Positions 18,594-28,249 of a DNA stretch of 64,000 bases are shown here, piece after piece. The first letter of the stretch is position 1, and each line of letters starts with the position of its first letter. The notes under the pieces are model-generated. The model was not told where the DNA came from and did not search any database. It saw nothing but the letters and a program-made list of their open reading frames with translations. Source of the stretch: Minisyncoccia bacterium (GTDB lineage: Bacteria > Patescibacteriota > Minisyncoccia > UBA6257 > 2-01-FULL-56-20); NCBI GenBank assembly GCA_049997875.1, contig JBEKRC010000004.1, forward strand, positions 8,928 to 72,927, in the 5' to 3' direction. Both the position numbers and the translations under genes were made by a program.

Positions 18594-20015
18594 ATGCTCC
18601 GGCTTTTTAATACGCTCACGCGAGAAAAGGAAACGCTAACGCCGATCCACAAAGAATGGGTTGGCCTCTATACCTGCGGACCAACGGTCTACAACTTCGC
18701 ACATATCGGGAATTTGCGGACCTATATCTTTGAAGATATTCTCCAACGCACGCTGGAATACGATCACTATGCCGTCCGGCGCGTGATGAATATAACGGAC
18801 GTGGGTCATTTAACCGGCGATTCAGACGCAGGTGAGGACAAACTTGATAAAGAAGCGCGCACCGAAAAGAAATCGGTTGAAGAAATCGCACAATTCTACA
18901 CGAAGGCTTTCCTTGATGATCTAGAAAAATTGAACATAAAGAGGCCTGACATTATCGCTCCTGCCACCAAATTCATTAATGACCAGATCGCATTGATTGA
19001 AACCTTATTTGAAAGAGGGTTTGCCTACGACACCCCGACCGCGGTCTATTTTAATGTCAGCAAGGACAAAACATATGGCAAACTCTCCGGCCAATCGCTT
19101 GCCGAAAAAATAACCGGTGCGCGCGACGAGGTGATTGTAGATAAAGGAAAACGTAATGCAGCAGATTTTGCATTATGGTTCAAGCTCACCGGAAAATTCA
19201 AAAAGCACCTGCTCCACTGGCCGTCACCGTGGGGCGAAGGATTCCCGGGGTGGCATATAGAGTGCTCTGCGATCTCGCGCCATTTTCTCGGGCAACCATT
19301 TGATATCCACACTGGTGGCGTGGACCACATCGGCACCCATCACGAGAACGAGATCGCACAGTCGGAAGCGGCGTACGGTGTGCCGCTTGCGCACGTATGG
19401 ATGCATGGAGAGTTTCTTCTTATGAACGCAGAGAAGATGGCCAAATCAGAAAAAAATTTCTTCACGCTGAAAGACATTGAAGAAAGAGGTATCAATCCCC
19501 TCGCATTTCGGTATCTGGTTTTAGGAACCCATTACCGGTCAAAAATGAATTTCACCTGGGAGAGTCTGGAGGCGGCACAGAATGGGTTGTGGAAGTTTTA
19601 TGCTGCACATTACCAACTGCTTGATGCCGCAAGAGGGGTTGGAGATCTTGCGACTGTGAAACTTTCGAGGGATGGCCAGGAAATCCTCCGGAACTTCAAG
19701 GATGCTTTGAATGACGACTTAAATACCCCAAGGAGCCTCGCAATCCTTCATGAGGCGATGGGAAGCGATATCCTTGCCGCAGAAAAAGCGCATCTTATCG
19801 GTGAATTTGATGAAATATTGGGTATTTTGATGGGGTCCCGACCGGTCATCCCCAAAAAGGTTCAAGAACTCCTAACGAAACGCGAGCAATCCAGAGATAA
19901 TAAACAGTTTGAGCAGGCGGACCGCTTGCGTAAAGAGATAAACGACCTAGGATATGAGGTTGAGGACACCCCTCAAGGACCGTTCCTATGGCCGCAACAA
20001 AAAAATCACAACTAA
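18594..20015 (+). CDS. cysS: Cysteine--tRNA ligase
   Basis: Class I aaRS HIGH motif (FAHIGNLRTY), KMAKS (KMSKS variant), CysRS zinc-binding Cys. Confidence 0.92.
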   Translation: MLRLFNTLTREKETLTPIHKEWVGLYTCGPTVYNFAHIGNLRTYIFEDILQRTLEYDHYAVRRVMNITDVGHLTGDSDAGEDKLDKEARTEKKSVEEIAQFYTKAFLDDLEKLNIKRPDIIAPATKFINDQIALIETLFERGFAYDTPTAVYFNVSKDKTYGKLSGQSLAEKITGARDEVIVDKGKRNAADFALWFKLTGKFKKHLLHWPSPWGEGFPGWHIECSAISRHFLGQPFDIHTGGVDHIGTHHENEIAQSEAAYGVPLAHVWMHGEFLLMNAEKMAKSEKNFFTLKDIEERGINPLAFRYLVLGTHYRSKMNFTWESLEAAQNGLWKFYAAHYQLLDAARGVGDLATVKLSRDGQEILRNFKDALNDDLNTPRSLAILHEAMGSDILAAEKAHLIGEFDEILGILMGSRPVIPKKVQELLTKREQSRDNKQFEQADRLRKEINDLGYEVEDTPQGPFLWPQQKNHN

Positions 20016-21385
20016 AAATCCCGCCGCAGAACCTTGAAGCTGAACAGGCGGTTTTGGGAAGCATCCTGATAGATAAGAATGCGATCTTCCGCGTGGCGGA
20101 CATAATCGTACCGGATGATTTCTATTCGCCTGCCCATGAAAAGATCTACGAAGCGATCCTCACCCTCTATCAAAAGCAGCAGCCGATTGACGTCTTGAGC
20201 CTGACGAACTTTCTCAAAGAAAGGGACCTGCTCGCGCAAATCGGCGGCTCAAGCTATCTTGCCGAACTCACGAACCAGGTGACGACAGCATCGCACGTGC
20301 AGCACTATGCGGGCATCGTGAAGGAGAAAAAAGTGCTGCGCGATTTGATCAGGGCATCGGCCGAGATTACCGAAGATGCATTCGGCGCGCCGCAAGAACT
20401 GGAAGATCTCCTTGATAACATTGAACAGAAAATCCTTTCCATCTCCCAAAAATCAATCCCACAGAATTTTCTCGCCGTAAAAGATGAGCTGAAAACCGCT
20501 TACGAGCGAATGGCGAAACTTCATGACGGCGGCGAAAAGCTCCGCGGGGTTCCCACCGGCTTTACCGCACTTGACAACAAACTCTCCGGACTCCAGAAAT
20601 CCGATCTCATCATTCTCGGCGGGCGGCCGTCAACCGGCAAAACCGCATTCGCCTTGGACATTGCGCGCCATGCCGCGCTCGCGGGCCATACCGTAGGCGC
20701 TTTCTCGCTTGAAATGTCGCGCGAACAGGTCATTGACCGCGTGATCTCCGCCGAATCGCAGGTGCCGCTCTGGAACATTTTGACCGGCCGCATCAAAAGC
20801 GACACGGAATTCGGCATGATCCAAGGAGCATTGGACCGCCTTTCCGGCACGAAACTTTTTATTGACGACAGTCCGTCATTGAACATCATGCAAATGCGTT
20901 CCATGGCGCGGCGCCTGCAGGTGGAACACGGCCTGGATCTTTTGATCGTGGATTATCTCCAGCTCATCCGCCCGCGCACGAATTCCGATAACATGGTCCA
21001 GCAAGTCACGGAAATCTCGCGGGGACTGAAGGCACTTTCGCGCGAACTTAAAGTCCCCATCCTCGCCGTCTCGCAGCTCTCGCGCGGCGTGGAACAGCGC
21101 GATCGCAAAGTCCCCCGGCTCTCCGACCTCCGCGATTCCGGCTCCATTGAACAGGACGCGGACGTCGTGATGTTCATCTATCGCAAAGACCGCAGCGCGG
21201 AATCATTTGACATCGGCGGCGAGAGCAATGCGAGCAGCGGGAGCGGCGACACCCAGAACGTTACGCAGATTCTCATCGCAAAGCACCGCAATGGCCCTAT
21301 CGGCGAGGTGGAGGTCGCCTTTGATCCGGAACGGGTTACCTTCAGGAGCGTTGAAAAGCGGTACAGCGAACTTCCGGCATTGTAG
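19988..21385 (+). CDS. dnaB: Replicative DNA helicase DnaB
   Basis: N-terminal PPQNLEAEQAVLGSIL, Walker A GGRPSTGKTAF, RecA-like C-domain; overlaps cysS by 28 nt. Confidence 0.92.
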   Translation: MAATKKSQLKIPPQNLEAEQAVLGSILIDKNAIFRVADIIVPDDFYSPAHEKIYEAILTLYQKQQPIDVLSLTNFLKERDLLAQIGGSSYLAELTNQVTTASHVQHYAGIVKEKKVLRDLIRASAEITEDAFGAPQELEDLLDNIEQKILSISQKSIPQNFLAVKDELKTAYERMAKLHDGGEKLRGVPTGFTALDNKLSGLQKSDLIILGGRPSTGKTAFALDIARHAALAGHTVGAFSLEMSREQVIDRVISAESQVPLWNILTGRIKSDTEFGMIQGALDRLSGTKLFIDDSPSLNIMQMRSMARRLQVEHGLDLLIVDYLQLIRPRTNSDNMVQQVTEISRGLKALSRELKVPILAVSQLSRGVEQRDRKVPRLSDLRDSGSIEQDADVVMFIYRKDRSAESFDIGGESNASSGSGDTQNVTQILIAKHRNGPIGEVEVAFDPERVTFRSVEKRYSELPAL

Positions 21386-21464
21386 AATCGCAGAAGCATC
21401 GCGGAGCCCCGCGCCCGCCACTACCGCCCGCCACACCGCGCCGAAATCGTGCTACAATCTCTGC

Positions 21465-22079
21465 ATGAAGCTTCCCGCGCCGATCCAAAAGGTTGTTGAC
21501 GAACTTTCCGAGTTGCCGTCCATTGGGCCACGCCAGGCGATCCGGCTCGCATTTCACTTAATTAACGAAGGAAGGCAAAATATCCGCGGTCTTGCGACGA
21601 GCATCGCCGAACTCGGGGACATAAAAATCTGCGAGCGCTGCTTTTTCATCCATCAAAACGATGGCGCGCTCTGCGACATCTGCAAAAACCCGCACCGCGC
21701 GCAGGACATTATTATGATAGTGGAAAAAGAAACCGATCTTATTTCTCTGGAAAATACCGGCAAATTCTCCGGCCGCTATTTCGTCATTGGCGAAATTCCC
21801 AAGACCGGATTTCTTGAGGATTGGCAGAAGCTGCGCCTCCAAAGCTTGAAAAGTTTTATTGAAAAGAAGCCGTCCGCCGGTCTGGGCGGCAAGGCGGAGG
21901 AGATCATCCTCGCCTTTAATCCCACTTCGCTCGGCGACCTCCAGGCATCGCTCCTTATGAAAGAACTCGCGCCGCTTACAAAAAAAACCACCAGGTTGGG
22001 GCGAGGGCTCCCAACCGGCGGTGAAATAGAGTTCGCGGACGATGAAACCCTCGCGTCCGCATTGGAGGGAAGGTCCTAA
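21465..22079 (+). CDS. recR: Recombination protein RecR
   Basis: HhH (LPSIGPRQAIRLAFHL), C4 zinc finger (CERC...CDIC) and Toprim; the ATG at 21465 is preferred over the upstream track start. A TGcTACAAT -10 immediately upstream suggests a leaderless transcript. Confidence 0.85.
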   Translation: MKLPAPIQKVVDELSELPSIGPRQAIRLAFHLINEGRQNIRGLATSIAELGDIKICERCFFIHQNDGALCDICKNPHRAQDIIMIVEKETDLISLENTGKFSGRYFVIGEIPKTGFLEDWQKLRLQSLKSFIEKKPSAGLGGKAEEIILAFNPTSLGDLQASLLMKELAPLTKKTTRLGRGLPTGGEIEFADDETLASALEGRS

Positions 22080-22534
22080 ACGGAGCCTGCCAGCATATCC
22101 AGGAGCTTCTTTGCTCCTTGATAAGGAGCGATTCCCTCCTGCACCGAACGAACCACTCCTCTCGTCCAGGTTATCCTCTCAGAGAGTTTGCAAAGATCAT
22201 CCTCTCCCTTCAAGCACGCATGCTTGATGAGAAGCTCGATCAGGTCCCTCTCGCGGTGCGGGAAAGAACCAGCATCCCCCAACGCATCGGAGATGGTAAT
22301 CATCTTGGTTGGGGCGTAAAGAGATTTAATTCCCTCTTCAATCCTCTTCTCAGCGTTCTCGAGACAGGAACTGATTGCCCCGAGTTGCTCCGCAAAGTGA
22401 TCATCACTCTCGCCGCCGGGAGCGTAATGGGCAAGATAAATCGCAACTTCGGTAAGAACCTTACCCCACGCTTTCCCTCCCCTGAACGTTTCGCGCTCGC
22501 TCCTCCGAACCACAATCGTGTCACTGCTGTTCAT
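22076..22534 (-). CDS. Hypothetical protein (152 aa)
   Basis: No recognisable motif; convergent with recR, overlapping it by 4 nt. Confidence 0.35.
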   Translation of the reverse strand: MNSSDTIVVRRSERETFRGGKAWGKVLTEVAIYLAHYAPGGESDDHFAEQLGAISSCLENAEKRIEEGIKSLYAPTKMITISDALGDAGSFPHRERDLIELLIKHACLKGEDDLCKLSERITWTRGVVRSVQEGIAPYQGAKKLLDMLAGSV

Positions 22535-22627
22535 TTGATCCTCCCCGTGTCATATTCTGGGATCTGACGCAAAACCCACTCCCAGTTCTAGTTCCATATA
22601 GTACCATCAAAAATTACTTCTGTACAG

Positions 22628-23644
22628 CTACCCGTGGCGGACCACAAGGACGTCGCCATCTTTTACCTCATACTCCTTCCCTTCTATCCGTATCCATCCT
22701 TTTTGTTTTGCCTGGTTCCAACCGCCGGCTTCCATCAGTTTGTCGTAGCTGACCACTTCAAGCCGAATGAACTTCTCCTCAAAATCGGTGTGGATGACGC
22801 CCGCCGCCTGCGGGGCCTTCGTGCCGCGCACGATCGTCCACGCGCGCGTCTCGTCCTCCCCGGTCGTGAAAAAGCTCACGAGACCGAGCACTTCGTACGC
22901 TTTCTTGATAAGCTCCGGCACCGCCTCCGCGCTCGCAAGATCGGCGATGAGATAATCGGCGCCGAGCGATTTTATTTTTGCCACGAGCTCCTGCGGCACG
23001 TCGCTTCCCTTGCCGTTCAAAAGATAGATCTGGCGCTTCAATGTCAAAGGGTTGAGGTCGTTCAGGCGACCATCGGCGCGGAGATCGTGCGCGAGCGCAG
23101 CATCGCCGATGGGCAGGTTTCCGTCCTCCAAGCATTTCTTGAGCCGCGCGAGGAGTTCTTTGTCCTGCGCCGCTTCTTTTTTTCCAGCCCGCGTTTCGGC
23201 TTCGGCCTTCGTAAAGCGTTTATCAACCGATTCCAGATCTTTCAAAATCAATTCGGAATTTATAATCTCCAAGTCGCGCAACGCGTCCACAGAATTTTCC
23301 ACATGGATAATCTCCGGATTTTGGAACGCGCGGAGCACCGTGACGATCGCCTGCGTGTCGCGAATGTGCGAAAGGAACTGGTTGCCAAGTCCCTCGCCCT
23401 TGTAGGCGCCCTTCACGAGCCCCGCAATATCATAAAATTCCACCACTGCGGGAATTTTCTTTTTTGATTTTGACAACGCGTCCAGTTTCTCCAACCGTTC
23501 GTCGGGAACCGCAACGACGCCCACGTTCGGATCAATCGTCGCGAAGGGATAATTCGCAATCACAATGTCCTGTTTCGTCAAAACCTTGAACAGTGTTGAT
23601 TTGCCGACGTTCGGAAGCCCCACGATGCCGATGGATAGTTTCAT
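22628..23644 (-). CDS. ychF: Ribosome-binding ATPase YchF (Obg-like)
   Basis: G1 GIVGLPNVGKSTLF, NYPFATIDPNVG, TGS-like C-terminus; 338 aa. Confidence 0.9.
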   Translation of the reverse strand: MKLSIGIVGLPNVGKSTLFKVLTKQDIVIANYPFATIDPNVGVVAVPDERLEKLDALSKSKKKIPAVVEFYDIAGLVKGAYKGEGLGNQFLSHIRDTQAIVTVLRAFQNPEIIHVENSVDALRDLEIINSELILKDLESVDKRFTKAEAETRAGKKEAAQDKELLARLKKCLEDGNLPIGDAALAHDLRADGRLNDLNPLTLKRQIYLLNGKGSDVPQELVAKIKSLGADYLIADLASAEAVPELIKKAYEVLGLVSFFTTGEDETRAWTIVRGTKAPQAAGVIHTDFEEKFIRLEVVSYDKLMEAGGWNQAKQKGWIRIEGKEYEVKDGDVLVVRHG

Positions 23645-23693
23645 GAGAAGAGTAACAAATAAGCCGCGCGCTCGTTCTATATAATATAAGAAT

Positions 23694-25217
23694 ATGAAAA
23701 GAATTGCGATATTTGCGGCAATCGGTCAAATTGCGGTGGTCACGGCACTCATGGTGCCGCTCGCGGGCGCGCAATCGGTGGGCGCGAGCGCAAGTGCAGG
23801 CGTCGGCCAGAGCGGTGGAGGTCAGACCTCACCAGCCATCATTGTCTCACCGCCGATGCCGATTGCCCCGCCGCCAACGACCGAATCCGGCTTCATTCAA
23901 TTCAACGACTTGACCGTGGAGAGCGTTTCGGCGACCAATCCGCCGGCGGAGATTCTCGCGACATATCCCACTCCCGTGGTCGTTCCGATGATATACAACG
24001 GCGCGGCGGGGGCGAGCGCTCCCGGGAGCGCAGGCACGAACGCGGGTTCCGCACCTATGGCTCCGTCCGCGGTCCCCTCTGCGGCTTCGGCATCTTCAGA
24101 AACCTGCTACCGGTTTGATTCCGAGAATTCCGCGACCGGCAAGGCCATCACGTGTCCTGTCCCTTCCACCGCTGTCCCTCCCGCGGTTACTTCCCCCACA
24201 TTGTCCAACACGGGACCGTCCGCTATGACGCCGTCTGCGGCAACCAATATGCCTATGATACCGGCGAGCGCCACACCAGGCACGAGCGGCTCCGTGCCGA
24301 ACATTTATCTTTATCCCCATCCCGTCCAAACCCAGGCGTACCGGATTGAAGTTGACGCCTCCACAGAACTTTATCTGCGCGACCGGACGCCCGCAACCTT
24401 GAGCGATTTTGCCGCAGGAGATCAGATCAACCTTTATGGCTATTACAACGCGGACGGCAGCATCCAGGCCTACCTCGTCCGCGATCTTTCAAAACCCTCG
24501 GAGAGCGAATTCATACAATTGAACAACGTTGACCTTGTATCCATCTCCGCCGCAACGACGCCCGCCACGCTCGTGGTCGCGCAACAGTCCATGTATCCTT
24601 GCTACGGTTTCGGAGCGAGCGGCAACGCGAAGCAATCTATCGCTTGCCCAATGGGCGTGCAGTCCTCCCCGTCCTCCGTGTCCAACTCCGCGCTGCAAAA
24701 CGTCCAAGTTCCGTCGGCGCTCATGCCGATATGGAACACCGCGCGAAAATACGTGGTGAATGTTGACGCGCAGACCATTCTTTTGGACAGCAATCGGACC
24801 AATCTTCAGCTCTCCGATCTCCGGGTCGGCGATGAACTGAATGTGTACGGCGAAACGACCGATAACGGGCAAACGCTGAATGCCGACATCGTGCGCGATC
24901 TTTCCATCCCGGCAACGCCACAGACCTATAGCGGCACCGTGACGCAAGTGAACAGCGACGGCTCGTTCGTTTTTCATACGAACGACAACCGCGACATCAC
25001 CGTACAAAACATTGTCCAACCCGGTGCCTTATTGCAACTCACCGGCCTCCTTAATCGCCTGCAGAACGCCCTCTCGCAAGTGACGAGTATCACAATCGCA
25101 CCGGATGTTTATCCGCCCCCTGCGCCGGTGCCAATGCAAATCCCCGGCATGCTCCGCATACAGGGTGGCAATGTGCTTCCGCCGACCGCAAGCGGCACGC
25201 CGAATACCGCGAACTAG
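23694..25217 (+). CDS. Secreted Ala/Ser/Pro/Thr-rich protein with two internal domain repeats
   Basis: Signal peptide (MKRIAIFAAIGQIAVVTALMVPLAGAQS). Repeat A (FIQFNDLTVESVSATNPP...CYRF...ITCP) parallels repeat B (FIQLNNVDLVSISAATTP...CYGF...IACP), each followed by a related L-x-D-x-x-GD-x-N-Y-G...VRDLS segment. Confidence 0.55.
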   Translation: MKRIAIFAAIGQIAVVTALMVPLAGAQSVGASASAGVGQSGGGQTSPAIIVSPPMPIAPPPTTESGFIQFNDLTVESVSATNPPAEILATYPTPVVVPMIYNGAAGASAPGSAGTNAGSAPMAPSAVPSAASASSETCYRFDSENSATGKAITCPVPSTAVPPAVTSPTLSNTGPSAMTPSAATNMPMIPASATPGTSGSVPNIYLYPHPVQTQAYRIEVDASTELYLRDRTPATLSDFAAGDQINLYGYYNADGSIQAYLVRDLSKPSESEFIQLNNVDLVSISAATTPATLVVAQQSMYPCYGFGASGNAKQSIACPMGVQSSPSSVSNSALQNVQVPSALMPIWNTARKYVVNVDAQTILLDSNRTNLQLSDLRVGDELNVYGETTDNGQTLNADIVRDLSIPATPQTYSGTVTQVNSDGSFVFHTNDNRDITVQNIVQPGALLQLTGLLNRLQNALSQVTSITIAPDVYPPPAPVPMQIPGMLRIQGGNVLPPTASGTPNTAN

Positions 25218-25231
25218 AATAAAAATGGTCA

Positions 25232-25259
25232 GGGGCGGGAATCAGACACGATTCCCGCC
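25232..25259 (+). terminator. Hairpin GGGCGGGAAT-cagacacg-ATTCCCGCCC 15 nt after the stop of the secreted-protein gene (no U-tract)
   Basis: Perfect 10-bp inverted repeat seen in the sequence. Confidence 0.45.
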
Positions 25260-25516
25260 CGCGAAACTTATCCTCCTCCGCAGGGACTTTCCAAGTCCTC
25301 TGCGTGGTTTCGATTTGGAAGATATCTTTCAATATATCTCCCCTCCAGGCATTTCAACCATAGTCCCACCAAACAATATAACAACAACCGCATAGGAACC
25401 TCCTTTGGGAACAAAGAGCTATTTCAGACCAGTGGCTTTTCCCTCTGGCCTGAAAATTGGTTATTGCTCCTCTCGCCCCTCTGCTTTTCCCAACAACCAA
25501 TTTTCAGACCGGATGA

Positions 25517-25545
25517 CCAAAAAACCTCCCTTGGCGGGGAGGTTT
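25517..25545 (-). terminator. Intrinsic terminator on the minus strand (AACCTCCC-loop-GGGAGGTT followed by TTTTTT)
   Basis: Seen directly; there is no annotated minus-strand gene upstream of it within the 25546..25756 gap. Confidence 0.45.
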
Positions 25546-25756
25546 CGGTGTCTATAGTTTGGTTCTTTTTCTCTACTTTTTCCTTATTTTTCCATATACG
25601 ACACTTCCCCGCCTTTTTGTTGAAAGGATAAGCAAAAGCCCGAGGAGAAGACCAAGGGAGAGTGTCAAAACTTCTTGTCCAAATACTGTCATTGCTTCCA
25701 GTATGGGGCGAGAGCGCGGGTTTGTCAATCCACAGAGCATGCCGTAAGATTTTCAT

Positions 25757-26635
25757 ATGGAAAAGCGTTGTCTGCCGGTGACGATCGTCACGCCGAAGAA
25801 ATATCTCCTAAATGGTCTCTGGTTCGGTGGTGACCGGCCACGGAGCGCGATCGTATTCGTGCATGGATTGAGCCCGTCGTCATCGGTGTTTTCCCATCAA
25901 AATTTCCTTGTCCCTCTCGCATCCGAGGACACCGCAGTTATCTTTTTCAACAATCGCGGCCATGACAAAGTAACAAGGATACGCAAAAAAAGCGGGCAGG
26001 GGGAAACCGCGGGCGGCGCACACGAGGTATTTACCGAATGCGCCGACGACCTGGAAGGGGTCGTGCGCCTGCTCCGAAGAAAAAAGGTGAAGGAGATCTA
26101 CCTGGTCGGCCATTCCACCGGTTCCCAAAAAATCGCGTATTATCTTAGCCGAAATAATAACCAGAGAAGGATCGCGGGCGCGGCGCTGCTTGTTCCGATA
26201 AGCGACTACGCGAGCAACAAAAAATTCGCCGAGCCCCGAAAATTCAGGCGGGCGCACGCATACGCCGCAAAGCTTGTAGCGCAAAAGAGGCCGCACGAAC
26301 TGCTCCCTGCATCCGTCTGGCCGGACCTCGTTGATGCACAGCGATTTTTGAGCTTGAATACGCCAAACAGCAAGGAAGAGATCTTCAGCTACGCACAGCC
26401 GCGGAAAATACCCCGGACACTCCGGAAAATAAAAATTCCGCTGCTTGTCGTTTTTGCGGGAAACGACGAATATGCCGATCGGCCAGCACGGGAGATGGCG
26501 GAATGGTTCGGAAAAAACATCAAATCAAAGCGAAGCAAGATTATCATCGTTCCGCGTGCGCGCCATGGCTTCCGAGAGAAAGAAGAGCGTGTCGCGAGCC
26601 TGGTGAAAAAATTTATTGCGACGGCAGGGCGGTGA
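25757..26635 (+). CDS. Alpha/beta-fold serine hydrolase
   Basis: GHSTG nucleophile elbow (GxSxG) in a core of about 290 aa; the VFVHGL N-terminal strand is typical. Confidence 0.6.
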   Translation: MEKRCLPVTIVTPKKYLLNGLWFGGDRPRSAIVFVHGLSPSSSVFSHQNFLVPLASEDTAVIFFNNRGHDKVTRIRKKSGQGETAGGAHEVFTECADDLEGVVRLLRRKKVKEIYLVGHSTGSQKIAYYLSRNNNQRRIAGAALLVPISDYASNKKFAEPRKFRRAHAYAAKLVAQKRPHELLPASVWPDLVDAQRFLSLNTPNSKEEIFSYAQPRKIPRTLRKIKIPLLVVFAGNDEYADRPAREMAEWFGKNIKSKRSKIIIVPRARHGFREKEERVASLVKKFIATAGR

Positions 26636-27482
26636 CGTACGCCGGCAGTTTCGTGAGATCTATCCCCGCGACGCCGGTCCTGCCGTCAATCGTAAACGTG
26701 AATCCGAACGGATCCTGCGGCACCGCGGGGATGATTCCTTTCGCGACGAGTTCGTCGGTAGACGTTGGATACGCGCCGTACTTCTGCTTATACGCCGCCG
26801 CCGCCGCCTCAAGATAATCAAAGTCGTTCAGCCGCGTGACGTACGCTGCGGCGCGGGCCTTCGTGTCGGGATCATTCGAGCTCTCGTACACCGTCGCCCA
26901 AAGGTTCCGCACACGATCGCGCTCTTTTTGGTCAATACCGAAGTTCAACGCGAAGCGCTCGGCGTACGAAGGAACCCCCGGGGTATTCGCGGCCACATTA
27001 AAATACCATGTGGCGTCTTTCAAATCCTTGAGCTCCAGATAATAATTGAGCGCCATGTAGTACGGAATGCGCCAATCGGGATCGGCGTTCGCGATGCCTT
27101 CTTGTCCTATTGCCTGCGCCTGCGCTACCGCGTCGGGAAGCAACTGTCTTGGTATCGCCGGAAGCGTAAGCACCGAGAACGCATAAGGATAGCTCAGCTT
27201 GGGATCCACGCCATTCAGAAAAGCGAGGTCCGGGAAATATTCCGATCGCCCATGGAAAAAATCCAAAATTTCCGGCATCGTCCCGGCCCAGAGGAACGAC
27301 CCCACCGCCGCGTGGAAGCCCATATCCACCATCCGCACCATCTCCGGCGAGGACGTCCCGGGAATCGCGGCGGAAGGCGCGACGCGCGTCGCATCATACG
27401 CATATTGGGCAACGATCACCAAGCCGAGCATTACAAGCAGAAAGGATATTTTGGGAGTCGCGCCGGATCGTAACAATCGCAT
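26613..27482 (-). CDS. Hypothetical secreted/membrane-anchored protein, likely the first gene of an ABC-transporter operon
   Basis: N-terminal hydrophobic anchor; no catalytic motifs; ends 3 nt before the ABC-2 permease gene. Confidence 0.45.
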   Translation of the reverse strand: MRLLRSGATPKISFLLVMLGLVIVAQYAYDATRVAPSAAIPGTSSPEMVRMVDMGFHAAVGSFLWAGTMPEILDFFHGRSEYFPDLAFLNGVDPKLSYPYAFSVLTLPAIPRQLLPDAVAQAQAIGQEGIANADPDWRIPYYMALNYYLELKDLKDATWYFNVAANTPGVPSYAERFALNFGIDQKERDRVRNLWATVYESSNDPDTKARAAAYVTRLNDFDYLEAAAAAYKQKYGAYPTSTDELVAKGIIPAVPQDPFGFTFTIDGRTGVAGIDLTKLPAYVTALPSQ

Positions 27483-27484
27483 TG

Positions 27485-28249
27485 CTAGATTTCCTTTTTA
27501 GTAAAGATCCAGACAGAGGCCGCAAGGAGAAACGCCACGTACACCACCGCATAGGTGAGCGCAAACGCGAAGGACGTAAGGGGTACCGCAACGTTGTGAA
27601 TCGCAAGCGCGCGGACGTCAAACTTTTCCAGGTTCGGGAATATGTAATAAAACACCTGGACAAACCGGTATTGTATGCCCGTGATACCGATTACCTGTGC
27701 GTCGGCGACCAAGGAACTCACGATGTGGCCGAGGAAGAACACGGCGGACGTGTACACGATGGAGAGCAACGAGCTGGAGAACGTGGAAACGAAAAGTGCG
27801 AATGCGATGAAGAGCGCCATTTCAAGGTATTGCATAACGATAGCGAGAAGGCCAAGTGCGTCAAACCCGCCGTGATTGTAGGCGATGAGGCCGAGGTACG
27901 CAACGCCAAGGATGGCGGTTGTGAGCAGGAGCACCGCGCAGAGTCCCACGAACTTGCCGAGCAGGAACTGCGCCCGCGAGACCGGCTTTGAAAGGATGAA
28001 ATAGACCACCTTGCGGTCCACATCTTTGAAGAACGACGTGGTGCCGAGGAAAAGCGCGATGATAGCGTTGAAGAAATAGATGCCGGTGAGGCCGAAGCTT
28101 TTCACCATCGGGAGCTCTTTGAGCACGAGATCCGCGAGGAAAAGTTCAAAAAAAATATAAAGCAGGGCGAACACGATGATGCCGTAAAGTATCTTGTCGC
28201 GGAGCTCAAGCTTGAACGTATTTTTTGCGACGATAAAAATGTTCCTCAT
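27485..28249 (-). CDS. ABC-2 family transporter permease
   Basis: 254 aa, six TM helices, conserved N-terminal IVAKNTFKLELRDK. Confidence 0.7.
   Translation of the reverse strand: MRNIFIVAKNTFKLELRDKILYGIIVFALLYIFFELFLADLVLKELPMVKSFGLTGIYFFNAIIALFLGTTSFFKDVDRKVVYFILSKPVSRAQFLLGKFVGLCAVLLLTTAILGVAYLGLIAYNHGGFDALGLLAIVMQYLEMALFIAFALFVSTFSSSLLSIVYTSAVFFLGHIVSSLVADAQVIGITGIQYRFVQVFYYIFPNLEKFDVRALAIHNVAVPLTSFAFALTYAVVYVAFLLAASVWIFTKKEI

Noticed and set aside
22634-23467. 277-aa plus-strand ORF
   Set aside because: Antisense to ychF; the protein-level signal is entirely on the minus strand.
25424-25756. 110-aa minus-strand ORF in the 25.2-25.7 kb gap
   Set aside because: It reads straight through a stable terminator hairpin plus U-tract on its own strand and has Trp/Ser-rich atypical composition; more likely non-coding.
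26616-27473. 285-aa plus-strand ORF, Arg-rich
   Set aside because: It lies exactly antisense to the well-formed 289-aa minus-strand gene (26613..27482); the Arg-rich low-complexity translation is typical of reading a GC-rich gene on the wrong strand.
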